In this document: positions 37,845 to 50,340 of the stretch, in pieces
Layout: the number at the start of each line of letters is the position of its first letter
How positions within the stretch are numbered: position 1 is the first letter of the stretch
DNA from: Vicugna vicugna
Lineage: Eukaryota
Assembly (NCBI GenBank): GCA_013265495.1
Contig: MU058781.1
Coordinates: 4,279,050-4,343,049 of the forward strand
Length of the DNA stretch: 64,000 nt
Direction: 5' to 3'
Notes under the pieces: generated by a model
What the model saw: only the letters and a program-made list of their open reading frames with translations
What the model was told of the DNA's origin: nothing
Database searches by the model: none
Translations under genes and position numbers: made by a program

Positions 37845-38495
37845 AACGATTAACAGCAGACTCCAGAGTCAGCCCCGGTTTCAAACCCCAACCAGCCCAC
37901 TAGCTGCGTGAGCGCTCAGTCAGGCTTGTTACCCATTCTGTGCCTCGGTTTTCACCTCCTTCAGGTGCTTCTGTGAGTTCCTGGGGAACAAGTTAGCACA
38001 CATTCAGTGTCTTAAAACAACAGAAACTTATTCTCTCACAGTTCTAGAGGCTGGAAGTTCAAGGTCAACCTGTCAGCGGGGCCATGCTCCCCCTGAGGGC
38101 TCTAAGGGAAGATCCTTCCTTGCTTCTTCCGGCTTCTGATGTCTGCCAGCAATGCTTGGTATTTCTTGGCTGTAGGTTCATCACTGAGTCTCCATCTCTG
38201 TCATCACGTTGCTTTCTCCCTGTGCCAGTATCCTAATCTCCTCTTCATAAGGACCACTTTGTAACACCCACCCTGATCTAGTATGATCCCATCTTAACCA
38301 ACTACATCTACAAAGCCCCTATTTCCAAGCCAAGTCACATTCACAGGCACCTGAGGTTAGAACTTCAACACATCTTTCTGGGAAACACAATTCAGCCTGC
38401 CACAGTACTTCGTGAGGTTGTTCTGAGGATTAAATGAGATAATGTGCAAAGAGCATAAGCAGTGCTCGGCACACAGCAACACAGACTATTAGCAC
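37845..38495 (+). mobile_element. MIR SINE split by MLT1C
   Basis: 5' half gactccagagtcag...ctgtgcctcggttttcacct; 3' half gaggttgttctgaggattaaatgagataatgtgcaaagagc resumes at 38405. Confidence 0.8.
37965..38404 (-). mobile_element. MLT1C-like MaLR solo LTR
   Basis: cttaaaacaacagaaacttattctctcacagttctagaggctggaagttcaagg...ccctatttccaagccaagtcacattcacagg...acacaattcagcctgccaca. Confidence 0.9.
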
Positions 38496-38680
38496 TATTT
38501 CTTCATTTACAACAAGCTTGTAAGTGTGGGCATTACTGTCCTTCTTTGATAGGAGAGGAAACCCGGACTGAAGGGCAGGGAAACTGGCCTAAGGACACCC
38601 AGCTAACGAGGGGTGGAGTCAGAACCCATGTACTTCCTTTAGCCCATTTTCCCACACTCCGTCTAGAATGACTTCGTTTT
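38495..38680 (-). mobile_element. MIR SINE
   Basis: cattactgtccttctttgataggagaggaaacc...aactggcctaaggacacccagctaacgagggtggagtcagaaccca. Confidence 0.65.
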
Positions 38681-39359
38681 ACAGCATAATCTAGTTCCCT
38701 CCTACCTTCCTTAAAAGGCTCGCTTTCCAACCCTTGGGTTCATCTCTCAGATTGCGTTCACTGATCTAGGACCTGAAATGTAGAATGGCCCAGCTGCAAC
38801 AGTACTGAGCCTTGCCTTTAACACCCGTGTCACAAGTCCTTCATCGTGCTAAGTACCACGCTGGCTTTGAGAAGCGAGGACCACGCTGGGCTTAGGACAC
38901 CAGAGCAGGCCATGACATTCCATCACTTCCAGAGCCTGCTGATGACATACGTCCATAGACAAATTTGCAGTGTGGTAGATACTAAGTGATTTAACAAATA
39001 TCAACACATTTAATCCCCCTGACACCTCTGCGGAGGAGGTACCAGTTTACCCACTAGCGTATGTGGGCACAGAGAGGCCACGATCGCAGAGCTGGAACAG
39101 GCCAGGACGGCCTGGAGCTGGGACTTGATGGGGGACTCTGTGCTCTTCTGTGCAGTGTCCCATGTGAAATGGGTGCATTTGAACTTTCCTTGGACATTAA
39201 GATTATCTTTAAGTTTTTGACATTACAGACAATGCTGCAGCAAACGTTCTTAAGCTAAATCTTTGTGCACACCCTGAACTGTTTTCCTTGCAGGAGAGTG
39301 GCTGTGTCAAAGAGTAGGCATGCTATCAAGGCTTTGGTACATAACGTCCAATTGCAAGA

Positions 39360-39720
39360 ACGAGGGAAGGAGTTCTCAGGAAAAGAAAATGTGATCAGCA
39401 AAAGCATGAAATGGAAAAGCATCGCGTATGTCTGGAATATGGCAAATACTCCAATCTGAACGGAATGTCAAGTGTGTGAAGGCGAGAGGCTGAAGGGCTC
39501 CCTCTAAAGTGGTCTGCAGCCAGCCTGTGGAGAGCTTCAAATGCCTTACTGTGGAATGTAGATTCTGTTAAGCAGCACTCAAAAACCAGCATCCGTTTCT
39601 GAACTGGGGAGTGAAATAATCAGATTCTGTCTAAAATAATTTCAAAAATAACTTCCTCTCTCTTCTGAAAGGGGAGTCATTTATTACCATTCAGTGCAGA
39701 TGGATTGAGGGAGGAGGTTA
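39360..39720 (-). mobile_element. L2 fragment
   Basis: cagcaaaagcatgaaatggaaaagcatcgcgtatgtctggaatatggcaa...ggagtgaaataatcagattctg. Confidence 0.55.
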
Positions 39721-40251
39721 GGAAGTAGTATATATACTTTTCTTAATTTTTTAACATGGTGCATTATTGAAACCACCTATTTTAACATATAGAAAAATAT
39801 GGGAATAATACAAAGAATAATATAATAGATTAATAATATATAACAATTCTGTATTATATATTTTATATTATGTATTTATGTGTAACCTATTATATAAAAT
39901 ATATTTGATATACAATTACATATTTTTACATATAATAATATATCATAAAGAATAATATAAAGGGTAACCACTCATTTGACTCTGGAATTTATCTTCCTCA
40001 TACACTTTTTTTATACTTTTATTATGTATATAAGTATATACGAGCAATAGATAATGGTTTGTTGCCTATTTTTAAATTTCGTTCAAATAGAGACATACTC
40101 TGTATTTTACCAAAATTTGATTCTTCATCCACCATGAAGTTTTTTATTTTTGTCTTGATTAATTAATGAATGTGGTTCTAAACTGTCTCTTTTTACTGTT
40201 GTATAGTATTCCACTGCAGAAATATACTAGGATCCATGTTTTTCTCTTCTT

Positions 40252-40844
40252 TTTTTTAAACATTTTTTATTGATTTATAATCATTTTACAATGTTGTGTC
40301 AAATTCCAGTGTTCAGCACAATTTTTCAGTTATACATGAACATATATATATTCATTGTCACATTTTTTTTTCTATGAGCTACCATAAGATTTTGTGTATA
40401 TTGCCCTGTGTTATACAGTATAATCTTGTTTATCTATTCTACAATTTTGAAAACCCGTCTTTCCCTTCCCACCCTCTGAAAAACCCATCCTTCCCACCCT
40501 CTGCCCCCTTGGCAACCACAAGTTTGTATTCTGTCTATTAGTCTATTTCTGTTTTGTATTTACTCTTTGTTTTTTTGTTGTTGTTGTTCTTGTTTTTGAT
40601 TTTTAGATTCCACACATGAGCGATCTCATATGGTATTTTTCTTTCTCTTTCTGGCTTACTCCACTTAGAATGACATTCTCCAGGAGCATCCATGTTGCTG
40701 CAAATGGCGTTATGTTGTCAGTTTTTATGGCTGAGTAGTATTCCATTGTATAAATATACCACATCTTCTTTATCCAGTCATCTGTTGATGGACATTTAGG
40801 CTGTTTCCATGTCTTGGCTATTGTAAATAGTGCGCTATGAACAT
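40252..40844 (-). mobile_element. Young lineage-specific (camelid-type) L1, 5'-truncated (ORF2 C-terminus and 3'UTR)
   Basis: Poly-T then aaacattttttattgatttataatc...; ORF2 end on the minus strand; 15-bp TSD tgtttttctcttctt (40237-40251 and 40845-40859). Confidence 0.93.
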
Positions 40845-40950
40845 TGTTTTTCTCTTCTTGATGGACATTTTGGTTGTTTGGGAATTTTTTGTTTTACAAA
40901 CAATGCTGTTAGGACAGTCTTCATGTCTTCTTGTGTACCTGCCACATGGA

Positions 40951-41143
40951 CAGCCTTTCTCAACCAGGGCTCCTCCTCTGAACAGCAGAACAGAGAAGAT
41001 AATCAGAGTAACTCTCAAGCTCCCATGGATGACATATAACCAGCACCACTCTAGAGTCTCAAATAAGTAGTTAATTCATTCCATACAATGATGCCTGAGA
41101 ACATTAGAGCTTAATTCTCTGAATAAATGGTTGAGAAAAACTT
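40951..41143. mobile_element. hAT-Charlie-type MITE (Charlie4z-like)
   Basis: Terminal inverted repeats cagcctttctcaacca (40951-40966) and tggttgagaaaaactt (41128-41143); family name tentative. Confidence 0.7.
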
Positions 41144-43194
41144 CTGGGATATATTGTAGGAGAGGAACTTCTGCTGGGTTTGTACAATTTCGAATTTACT
41201 TGATGGTGCCAAACGCTCTTTGAAGTGGTTGTGCCAGTTCATACTCATACCAACAAGGTAAGAGATCCACTGCTCCACAGTGGTGCCAACCAATGGCACA
41301 GAGTTTTTAAACGCTTGTTACTCTAAAGGGAGTAAAATAGTATCTCAGTGCTTTGAACTTGCATTTCCATGATTACTTAGAAGAAAAAGCTTTCTTTTCT
41401 TATTTTCATGGACCATTTGGGTTCCCCTCATTGTGAATTTCCTGTTCAGTTGTTGGTCTATCCATTTCTCAATTGGATATTTATCTTTCTTCTATCAATC
41501 GGTAGTCCTTCTTTACATATTTTGATAGTAATCCTTTATTGGCGATATGCATCATGGCAAATATTAATTAAAGTAATCTTTTATAGTGAATTTTAGGAGA
41601 TTCTGGGTCCTGATGAAAGGCTAATGCAGGGCAAAAAGAGAGGTTTCCCAGAGACATGTGGGTTACAATTCATTCCATAGACAAATACTGCATATCTTAG
41701 ATGGATTAGACTCTGTGGGGAGAGTCTAGGGATATGGAAATAAATAAGACAGAATCTCTACCTTTAAGGGATGTGCAGTCTGAAGGAGGACACAGACAAA
41801 TTACCACCTAAATTCTCTTACAAGCCTATCAGTACCATCATGGTTAGCAAAACACTACATGTTTTACCACAGTGGTGCCACTTGAGGTTAAAAGGGATAA
41901 AATGTTTCTGGGGGTCATAATTCATGATTTAAGGAAGAAGAGCAATGGGGAAAGTGTCTCCCCAGGTGTCAGGTCCCAGTTCCAAGGGGGGTGGCCAGTT
42001 CAGGGGTGCGGCCATACCTGGCATCCTCTAGTGCTAACACACCTGGCAGGACCAAAGGCCTCCTCAAAATTACATTCGTCTAAGTATATATGTGTTCTTT
42101 GTTCCCTCACACCTCTGTAAACACGGCTTTTTGCTCCTGTCCCACCCAGCTGCTCCCTGCAACTGTGTGTATAGAGACTGTCACAACAGCACTTGTCAGG
42201 AACTGCAGCAGAGCAAGCCATGACAGCTGGTGGCGCGAGGAGCCCAGGCATCTGCCTTTTGCTCTCTGCCGGGCCTCCCTGAATAATGTGAGGTCTTGTG
42301 TACACAAGCATGACGCTACTGATCTGCCAACACTGGGCCCCAAGCTCTGGGTCCTTTTTTTTTTTTTTAATAGCTGGGGTTTGCAGTTACACTAGCCTGC
42401 TCACCCACTGTCACTGCATTCTCCCTGGGTCCAGGGAGCACGTTTACACTTGGTTATATGTGCAAAGAGCCCTGGAGTCCCTACCTGGAAATGGAGGGTT
42501 TGGTGGTGACAGTCACACACTGGCTGGGTGGCCGTGGGGAAGTCATTCAGCCTTTCTGAATATCTTTCCTCAAATGTAATACCTGTCCCCTGTCTCTCAG
42601 GATAGACACATAAAATTGTCTTTTCTAATTGTTTTGTGCACTATAAAGTGTGAAGCAATAGGAGAGATTTTAAATTATTTGCAAAGATAGAGCAGCGCTG
42701 CCCTTGACCACGGAAGGCACAGTTCTAAGGGGTCCGTTAATTCCATCTTGTGGTTTCTGAGCCCACATACCTGCGGCCTGACACAAATGGGTATGAACTC
42801 TTTTCCCTGGACAGCTGATGCACTCAGCCTTCATGGGCGACTCTAAAGATGGCAACCACGGCTGCTCCTCAAATACACAGAATCGTGGACAGTTAGACCC
42901 GAAGGGGCCTTCCCATTATCAGTGGAATGACCAGGATGGGTTAACTCTGTGGCCTCCAAACTTTTGTTCACATACTTCAACCAGTAATTTCCAGCACACC
43001 TTTTCAATATATGCATACTGATTCACTTATAAACAAACAGACATGTACCAATGCTAATATATAACATGTATTGTAAAAACATCACAGTTAGAAATCTTGA
43101 AAGTTCAAAGAAAGTTCTAACAGGCTCTTCCTGTAGTACAAAGCAGATCCATTTTGCCTATCGCATGAGAGTACGTGCCCGGAACTCTGCAGTC

Positions 43195-43310
43195 CCCTGG
43201 ACAGAAGAGGAAACTGAGGCCCAGAGAGATGGAGTGATTTGCTCGGAGCCACACAGCTAATTGGTGACACAGCTGACACACTGGTCCAAGTGGGACTGCT
43301 GCTTCCTGAC
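43195..43310 (-). mobile_element. MIR core
   Basis: acagaagaggaaactgaggcccagagagatggagtgatttgctcggagccacacagctaattggtgac. Confidence 0.85.
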
Positions 43311-43499
43311 GATGTGTGGGACCCTGGAGTTGACCCCTCGTTGCAAATCAACTCAATGGAATGTCACACTTTTCCCATTTTGTTCTTAGTTTATTCCTGA
43401 TGCATTAAGAGCTTCTCCCCCCTCTTTCTATCTTAAAGCTCTTTCTGTTTTTCTTTTAATTTCTGAGAACAGACCTGAAAGAGTGAGTACACATTTCTT

Positions 43500-44060
43500 T
43501 CGCAGAACAATGCGAGAAATAATAGAGCGGGTACATATGTCACAGATGAAAATGCTATATTTATGCCTCATTGTAATCCATTCATTGCTTTATGGATCCG
43601 GAGTCCCCTTGGGAGTGTCACAAATCCACATAATGTTCCTGACTGCCGGATCTGGCATTTGGATCTCTGATTTAGCTGTCAGATATGTAAAATCACATGT
43701 AGCCAGACAACTCCCTGGGGACCCCACAGCTGCGCACACCGAGGAGCCGAGTCATTCCAGCAAGGCCGGCACTGATGATGCTCAGAGAGCGCCCAGGAGC
43801 GGCCCCTTCGCTGCCCCGTCTAACGCTAAGTGTGGCTCGGAGGGCTCGGTGGGGTGACTCCAGGAAAGCTCTCTTCTTGGGGACTTTTCCACACCCAGCA
43901 CAGGTGACTTTCAAAGGGATCGCAGCCCCGTCAGACAGACCACAGCCCGAGACGTCAGACCGGAGGCCTGCGCACTCCTTCACCTTCCTTCGGCACCCGG
44001 GCTCCTTTACACGGCGGCCACGCTCCCGGGCCCCCACGCAGGCCGTGCAGACAGCTACCT
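43500..44060. promoter_or_regulatory. Candidate enhancer with an adjacent small CpG-rich patch
   Basis: Repeat-free; three TGTCA sites plus SOX, K50 and HOX-type motifs at 43500-43700; about 25 CpG by hand count in 43731-44050. Confidence 0.35.
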
Positions 44061-44264
44061 CAACATCCTCTCCTGTGTCTAGACTGGTTCTAACCCGTTG
44101 ACAGAACATGTAAACAGACACAAAATACATTTTAAAAGAAAAGCAAGCTGGCAGGTGAGTTACTGTTCTCCTCAACACCAGGGGTGCTCCAGGGGGAATT
44201 ATTTTATTGGGTAAAAACCTGAAGAAAATTGCCTCTTCATTCCCTTCCAAATCTACGGAGAACA

Positions 44265-44430
44265 AGAAGCTAGAGTCCGAGGCCTGGATTTAAATCTCCC
44301 TCTGCACGTGAAAGGTCAAGAAATACTTGTTAAATTGTATAAGCGATTTCGCTTTTCTGTGCTCACGTCTTATCTGTAAAATGGAAGGACAATTACTGTC
44401 ATTCCAGGGTTGTTGCAATGATCCACACTT
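44265..44430 (+). mobile_element. MIR SINE
   Basis: gctagagtccgaggcctggatttaaatctccctctgc...cttatctgtaaaatggaaggacaa...cagggttgttgcaatgat. Confidence 0.7.
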
Positions 44431-44689
44431 AATAGATATTTATGTAAATAAACGATACAGCAGAATTGAAAAAGAAACAAGAAATGTCTACTGTTTTAAT
44501 CAGCTAATGCTTTGAGACCCTTAAAAGTGGATCCTACACCAGAGATTTCGATCAAGCCTCGTAGCTCATCACCATTTCTGGGCACAACAAGCCTGGAAGT
44601 CACTGCTGTCCCCTTAGGTCCCCTCCTGAGAATGATGAACTGAGATGCTGATTGGTCTCAGGTTAAGTGAATGCTCACTGAGTCATACC

Positions 44690-45186
44690 CTGCCTGTCCA
44701 CTGTTTCAAATCCTTTTGGCCTCATCTCGTAATCCTAGGCCCTTCCTCAACAACCCACCTGTGCAGGTTTCTGCCAGCACAACCTCATCACCGTGCCTCA
44801 CCTTAAGCACTTTCCTCAAGACCTTCACGTCCATCCCTGGACACCTCTGACTCTATGAAGTCTGCAGAACCCACCCTGTACCACACACAACCCAGCGGTG
44901 CAGGACAGTGGAGAACTTATGGGACAAGCCTTGGCCAGTGGGGGATGGGAGCTATCTGATAAATGGACGTCCCTTCAGCGAGCAGGTCTGAGACGTGTTC
45001 CATCAGCCTGGCAGGGAGTTCTGGGAAGTAAGTCTCCAGTTGCTCTGCTTGTGGCCAAATCAATGCATCTGTGTATGGAATCTCCCTCCCTCCCTGTCTC
45101 AGCCCTGTTTCCTGGGACCTGCCGCTGAATAAACCACTCACCAGGCCTGTCTCAGGCCCTTCTTTTGGGGAGCTTGGGCCAAGGCA
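44690..45186 (+). mobile_element. LTR16-family ERVL solo LTR
   Basis: ccttggccagtgggggatgggagctatctgataaatg...ctccctccctgtctcagccctgtttcctgggacc...aataaaccact...tgtctcaggcccttcttttggggagcttgggccaaggca. Confidence 0.7.
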
Positions 45187-45234
45187 CCACCACGTGCCGG
45201 GCACTGTCACAAGCTACCGCATTTTATCCTCTAG

Positions 45235-45459
45235 AGGGGTCGGCAAGTATGACCTGGGGGCCCAATCCTGCCCCTCCGCCTCCTACTGTGTAAATGAAGT
45301 GTGCTCTTGGAACACAGCCAGGCTCATTCATTCTCTACTGTCTACGGCGGCTCACAGACCACAACGGCGGGTTGAGGGGCTGTGACAGAGAGCGTACGGT
45401 CCGCAGAGCCTCACATATTTACGATCCGGCCCTTTACAGAAAAAGTCCGCCAGCCCCTG
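45235..45459 (+). mobile_element. MER58A hAT-Charlie MITE
   Basis: aggggtcggcaa...tgtaaatgaagtg...ttggaacacagcca...atatttacgatccggccctttacagaaaaagtccgccagcccctg. Confidence 0.92.
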
Positions 45460-46744
45460 CTCCGAGATGTTACACCTGGGGCGCCTGCATGAGACGTTGG
45501 GGTGCAGATTCTCACCCCCAGCCTCGACCATGCTGCACTGCAGGGGGGCCGCAGGAACTCCACCTGTGATGGGGCACAAACTCAGCACCCACCGCAGCCA
45601 GGCAGGGGACAAGGTGAATAAGCAGGACAGATCTGTCATTTTGGCACACATGCAATTTTGTGATATTAAGAATAAGTAGGAAGAGTGTTCTATGAGCAGA
45701 TGTGCTCTTGTCTGTATTTCCTGAAACAGGCCACTCTCGCCCCTCTTTGGCTTTTCACTGTGTACAGACATAGACACAGGGAACTCAGGTTTGACAATGA
45801 GGCCAGAAAGCAGGCTGGATGGCCACCACACCAGGCCTCAGGGCTGGGCCGACAGAGGGCGAGTAGGGGTCACCTTGGGGAGCCTACCCTGTATACAGGG
45901 GGCAGCCTTCACTCAGCTCCAAGCAACTATCACCAGGTGGCAATTGTGGGCCTCGGGGGCCCTGGATGCCAGGCCTTGTGATCTGTTTTTAAAAGGAAAC
46001 AGACTTTTGAATCTCCTCATTTTGAAGGTATTTTTTTTTATTATTATTATTACCCATGGGTTAAACAAGGCGAGACTTCAGGCCAGATTCCATCCAAGAG
46101 ACACTGATACATATTTTGGTTTTCATTTTTATATTTGTTGCCCCTGGCTAAGCTGTAATTAAAATAGTAATAAAAAAAAAAAAGTAGGAAGATCCAGGGC
46201 TGTTATTCCATAGGAGGGCCTGGGTACAGCTGTGAAATGTTGAAATATATCTGTGCCAGTTGGTTAAACAGACACTGCCCCCTGCCCCATCGCCACCCCC
46301 AGGTCCCCCCCCCCCGCCTACTCCCTTCCCCAGGACCCAGAGGACTCCCCCGCGCCCGCTTCCAGAGCCCCCTGGGGCAGCAGCAACCTCCTCTGGCTCT
46401 GGCCCTGCCATCAGGGATAGCTGGTGCCCGTGCCCTCCAGGTGGGCAGATTATTTACTCCAACGCTGTACTAGTCACAGGTTCTGCCTGTGGCCAGAGCT
46501 TTGGCTGCTCCATTTGCCCTCAGAGCTGGCTGGAGAGGGCAGGGCTGACCGGGCTGTGCCACCCGGAGTTGACTTTAAATTGACCAGAGTCCTGATTCCA
46601 CATCCTTTCTCTCCCTCTCCCTTTTTTGGGACTCTGTTCTCTTCTCTCTCCCTCAGGCTTCCAAGTCCTCCCTAAAGCTCCAAAAGAAACATGTCACACC
46701 CGAGGCCTCCTCTTCACAGCGCAGTAAACGAATCCCACCTGCTC

Positions 46745-46910
46745 TAACGCGCTGGACTTCAGTCTGAGCTCTGTTACCCACGAGCACGTGGCCGTGGGCG
46801 AGTCACTTCTTTCCGAACTCAGGTTTTCATTTGCCAGTCAGGAGTAGTGGGCCCAAATCCACAGGGCTTTCTGAGGCCCTAGTGGACCAGGTGTGTGAAG
46901 CGCCTGCACA
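46745..46910 (+). mobile_element. MIR SINE
   Basis: cgtggccgtgggcgagtcacttctttccgaactcaggttttcattt...cagggctttctgagg...gtgtgaagcgcctgcacagag. Confidence 0.65.
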
Positions 46911-46913
46911 GAG

Positions 46914-47756
46914 TGAGATTATAGAAAATGTAAGTTGGCCTCTGGCCCCAGCTCCTGGCACAGAGGTCCTAAAACCTTTGTCATCTCCTACGTGATAAGA
47001 GCACTGGGAGCATCTTTTGTTCTAAAGAGACAATGCTGGGAGGCTCCTGGAGGAGCGCTAGTCATCCAATGACCAAGCCATGATTAGAAGCTTGGAATTT
47101 TCACCTAGACCCCTCACTTGTCCAGAGAGGAAAGATGGGCTAACTGATCATGCCTACATGAAGAAATCACCATAAAATTCCAACAGCCTGGGGTTCAGAG
47201 ATCTTCCAGGTGGGTGAACACACCCACAGCAGGAGGGTGACACACTCCAACTCCATGGGGACAGGCGCTCCTGCCCTCAGGACCTCCCAGACCTCGTCGC
47301 CCTGTGTATTTCTTCACCTGGCTGTTCTCTGTGGCCTTTATCATATGCTTTAATTAACTGGTAAATGTAAGCAAGCACTTCCCTGAGTTCTGGGAGCTGC
47401 TGTAGCAAGATAACCAAACCCAAGCAGAGGATTGTGGGAACCTCCCCTCTACGGCCAGTTGGTCTGAAGCACAGGTGACAACCTGGGCTGGCGGCTGTCA
47501 CCTGAAGTGGGGTGGCAGCACCTGCGAGACTGAGCCCTCCACTTGCGGGATCGGACACCACCCCCAGGGAGACTGCCAGAACTGAGTTAAACTGCAGGAC
47601 GCTCTGCTGCTGTCACAGAGAACTGCTTTGTGTGGGGGGAAATCTTCCACATATTTGGTGACCAAAAGAGTCAGAAGTGTGAGTGTTTTGTGTAAACAGT
47701 AAAGGAGACACAGGAGAAAGACTCACAGGAGAAAGGAATGGGGTTTTTCTAATACA
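46914..47756 (+). mobile_element. MER21B/C-like LTR
   Basis: ctcctggcacagaggtcctaaaacc...gaccaagccatgattagaagcttggaattttca...aactccatggggacaggcgctcctgccctcaggacctcccagacctc...agcacaggtgacaacctggg. Confidence 0.88.
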
Positions 47757-49714
47757 GCACCCAGCGAATTACAGACCTGTCTCCCTCGTTCCCGAGCGTC
47801 CCCTGCGTGGGTCTTGTCAGTTTTAACCGGAGTCAGTTCCTTGCACTAAAGGGAGTGAGTACTAATGATCAGTTCTTCCCTGGATCTCCATGAGGAGGCC
47901 AATACCCTTATTTTATAACCCAAGGCACTATGTCCCTCTCCACCGTGCACTTACAGCATTTTTAAACTGTGTTTATTGCTACAATCCTTCAGTTAATATC
48001 TGCTTCTCTGCCTGCCTGTGTACGTTTCATGAGATCAGGTCTGTTTCTATCGTATCCCCAGCGATGTAACGCGGCGAGGGAGGGAGGGAGGGAGGGAGGT
48101 GCCGAGTGCTGGCAGCCAGGTGTGGGAGGAGGCGTTTTCTGGATATGGCCTTTCTCAGGACCCTGGCTCTTGTACTGCTGGGACTTGTGGAGAGAAGGGG
48201 AAAGGATATTCCACTCCCTTCTCCTCCCTCCTCCAGCGCATTCAGCTCCTGGCCTTATCGCACCTCTGTCTCTGCTGGTTAAGGATAATTTGTGGGCGTA
48301 TTCATAGAAACAATGGTTTGCATTTCCAAAGCCCAGGCATGGGAAGAGTAGGGGCAAAGAAGATACACGCCTGGCTGAGGCCCAGCCCTGCCCGTGCTTC
48401 TGCCGTTCTAAGGAGCAGGAGAAGGAATGGACTTTGGGCTTCAAGGGTCTAGACAAGCTCAGAGGACTCTCCAGATTTTCTTCAAACGCTGGATATTGCA
48501 CATAGACAGGCTCAATTCACAGGCACCCTTCAGAACATGGATAAGCAATATTCAGATGGGTCTCTCTCAGCTCTCCAGAGACTAGACCCGATCTTCAGAC
48601 TTTAACCCAAGCCAGACAGTCAACCCCACACCCTGAGCCCCATCCTGCAAGCTCACAGATGATCAGTCGGCTTCTCAGAACATTAGTCTTAGCAGAGGTC
48701 TTTGTCAATTACCACGAACTCTCTTTAGCCTTAAGCCTCCCAAGGCCAAGCCCAGGCAGAAGAAGGTGCATTATGAGTGGAGCCCATGCTGGTACCAGCC
48801 CACCTAGAACAGCTCGTTCTGCTGAAAATGCTTTATGGAGGTATGTTTTTCAAAAACGGCGAGAGAATGAAAAGTCTGCCCCGATAAATGATTTACCAGT
48901 GTTACAAGAGTTAAAAAAAGAATTGCTTGTATCTCCAAGCCAAGGTTTATGGAAGCCTAAGAATTTCCCTACCACCCCTCCTCCCCACAACACAGCACAA
49001 TTTTCTAGCATCCGGATCAGAACAGTTATCTGAGTCTGAGCAGTCACACCAGTTCCCAGAAGCCAGCTTCCCAGTGGACCACACCGCATGGGGACACCAT
49101 GCTGACTTTTATTTTACACTCACAACTTGGGACAGGATTCCTGTTTGGGGTTATCTATTAGACAGGCCAGTGTTCTGTCTATTGCTGCTGCCCTGCACAA
49201 GCATTGGCACACTTATGAGGACAGAGAGATACGAAAGAAAGTTCTGGTCCTCTTTCAGCAAACGTTATAGTCGGGGGGATACAGGATCAACCCAGAGATG
49301 AATAGCAACCCGGAGACAGGGCTGAGTTCCAAATGGGTGGAAGAAGCAATGACTGTTGAGGGGGTTCATGGGTGGGAGTGACCACTGCTAGGAAAACTCC
49401 CCTCCTGTGATCATTAGTTACCGGACTGAGGCCACGTTACATATGCAAAGGCAACACTCCAACAAATCTTCTGTGTCCCTGTACTAAGCACAAAAGCCAA
49501 AGCTGAGTATAATCTGTGGTGGAGTGAACACTGATGAGTATAATCCAGCGTTCCCTCCAGTATGTCCCTTTATTTCAATAGTAATTAGGATGTCCTATAG
49601 AAATTTTTTAAAAACATTATGATCACCTTTCTGCATCAGCACTTCCTCATCTGTAACACAAGGAGACGGAACTAGGTAAACCCTATGATGTCTCAGAGCC
49701 ATGAAAAAGGTTTT

Positions 49715-50340
49715 CTTTTTGTTTCTGACAATAAAAGGTAATGTAGATTCTCATTGTAAAATAATTAAGACAATACAGAAGAGTATTAAAAAAGGGAAAT
49801 TCTTCCGAGATCCTGCCATCTAGAAATAGCCACTATTAACTTTTATATGTATATTCTTTGAGATACTTTTGCAAATAGTTTTTCCCCTTTTTTACAAAAA
49901 TGTGACTGTACTTTACATAATCTATTAACCCTTCAAAATCATATATATTGTGGTTGTCTGTCCAGGTGAGTGTAGATACAGTGATTTTTCATTTTCAATG
50001 ACTACATAGCTTTTTACTGAGCAAATCCATTTAGATTGCTTTCAATTTTCACTATTAAAAATAAGACATCGATAAATACCAGTTGACATATATCTTTGTC
50101 CACTTGTCCATTTATTTCTTTAGGATTCATTTGAATTCCTGGGCCAAAAGTTCTGTGCATTTCTGATGCAAGATGACACACAGACTATAGCAAGGCTGCC
50201 GCCCTTCCAGGTCCCGACAGCCGAGCCTGCAGGTGCCCATTCCTAGGGTGTCATCTCTAGGCGCTATTGTTCTTCTTTGTCTTTGCCAATCAAATGGTCG
50301 AAAAGTAGGAACCTTTATTTTTGTAACTGACTCTTATGAC
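49715..50340 (-). mobile_element. Old L1ME/MC 3' region
   Basis: ataaaaggtaatgtagattctcattgtaaaa...cctgccatctagaaatagccactattaac...atttagattgctttcaattttcactattaaaaataa...aattcctgggccaaaag. Confidence 0.7.

Larger units (their letters stand above)
39960..41560 (-). mobile_element. Old L1ME 3' region, interrupted by a young L1 and a hAT MITE
   Basis: agggtaaccactcatttgact...tttactgttgtatagtattccactg (left); gatggacattttggttgttt...aacaatgctgttaggaca and gtggttgtgccagttcatactc...gcatttccatgattact (right). Confidence 0.7.

Noticed and set aside
39790..39960. Very AT-rich tract
   Set aside because: Ordinary low-complexity decay next to an old L1 tail
40296..40541. Near-identical peptides MSNSSVQHNFS at 40296 (+) and 57245-57547 (-), suggesting a duplicated gene
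   Set aside because: Antisense translation of the same L1 3'UTR in two copies
42945..43190. Possible hAT-type MITE inserted in a MIR
   Set aside because: AT-rich insert-like segment, but terminal repeats and family could not be established
43468..43482. Possible 10-15 nt microexon before gtgagt
   Set aside because: No host gene evident and acceptor ambiguous; cannot be supported without RNA-seq
43693..44265. 190-aa minus-strand ORF over the CpG-rich patch
   Set aside because: Stop-poor because of high GC; no family resemblance
46148..46583. Gly-rich and Pro-rich ORFs on opposite strands
   Set aside because: Translation of a C-rich low-complexity tract
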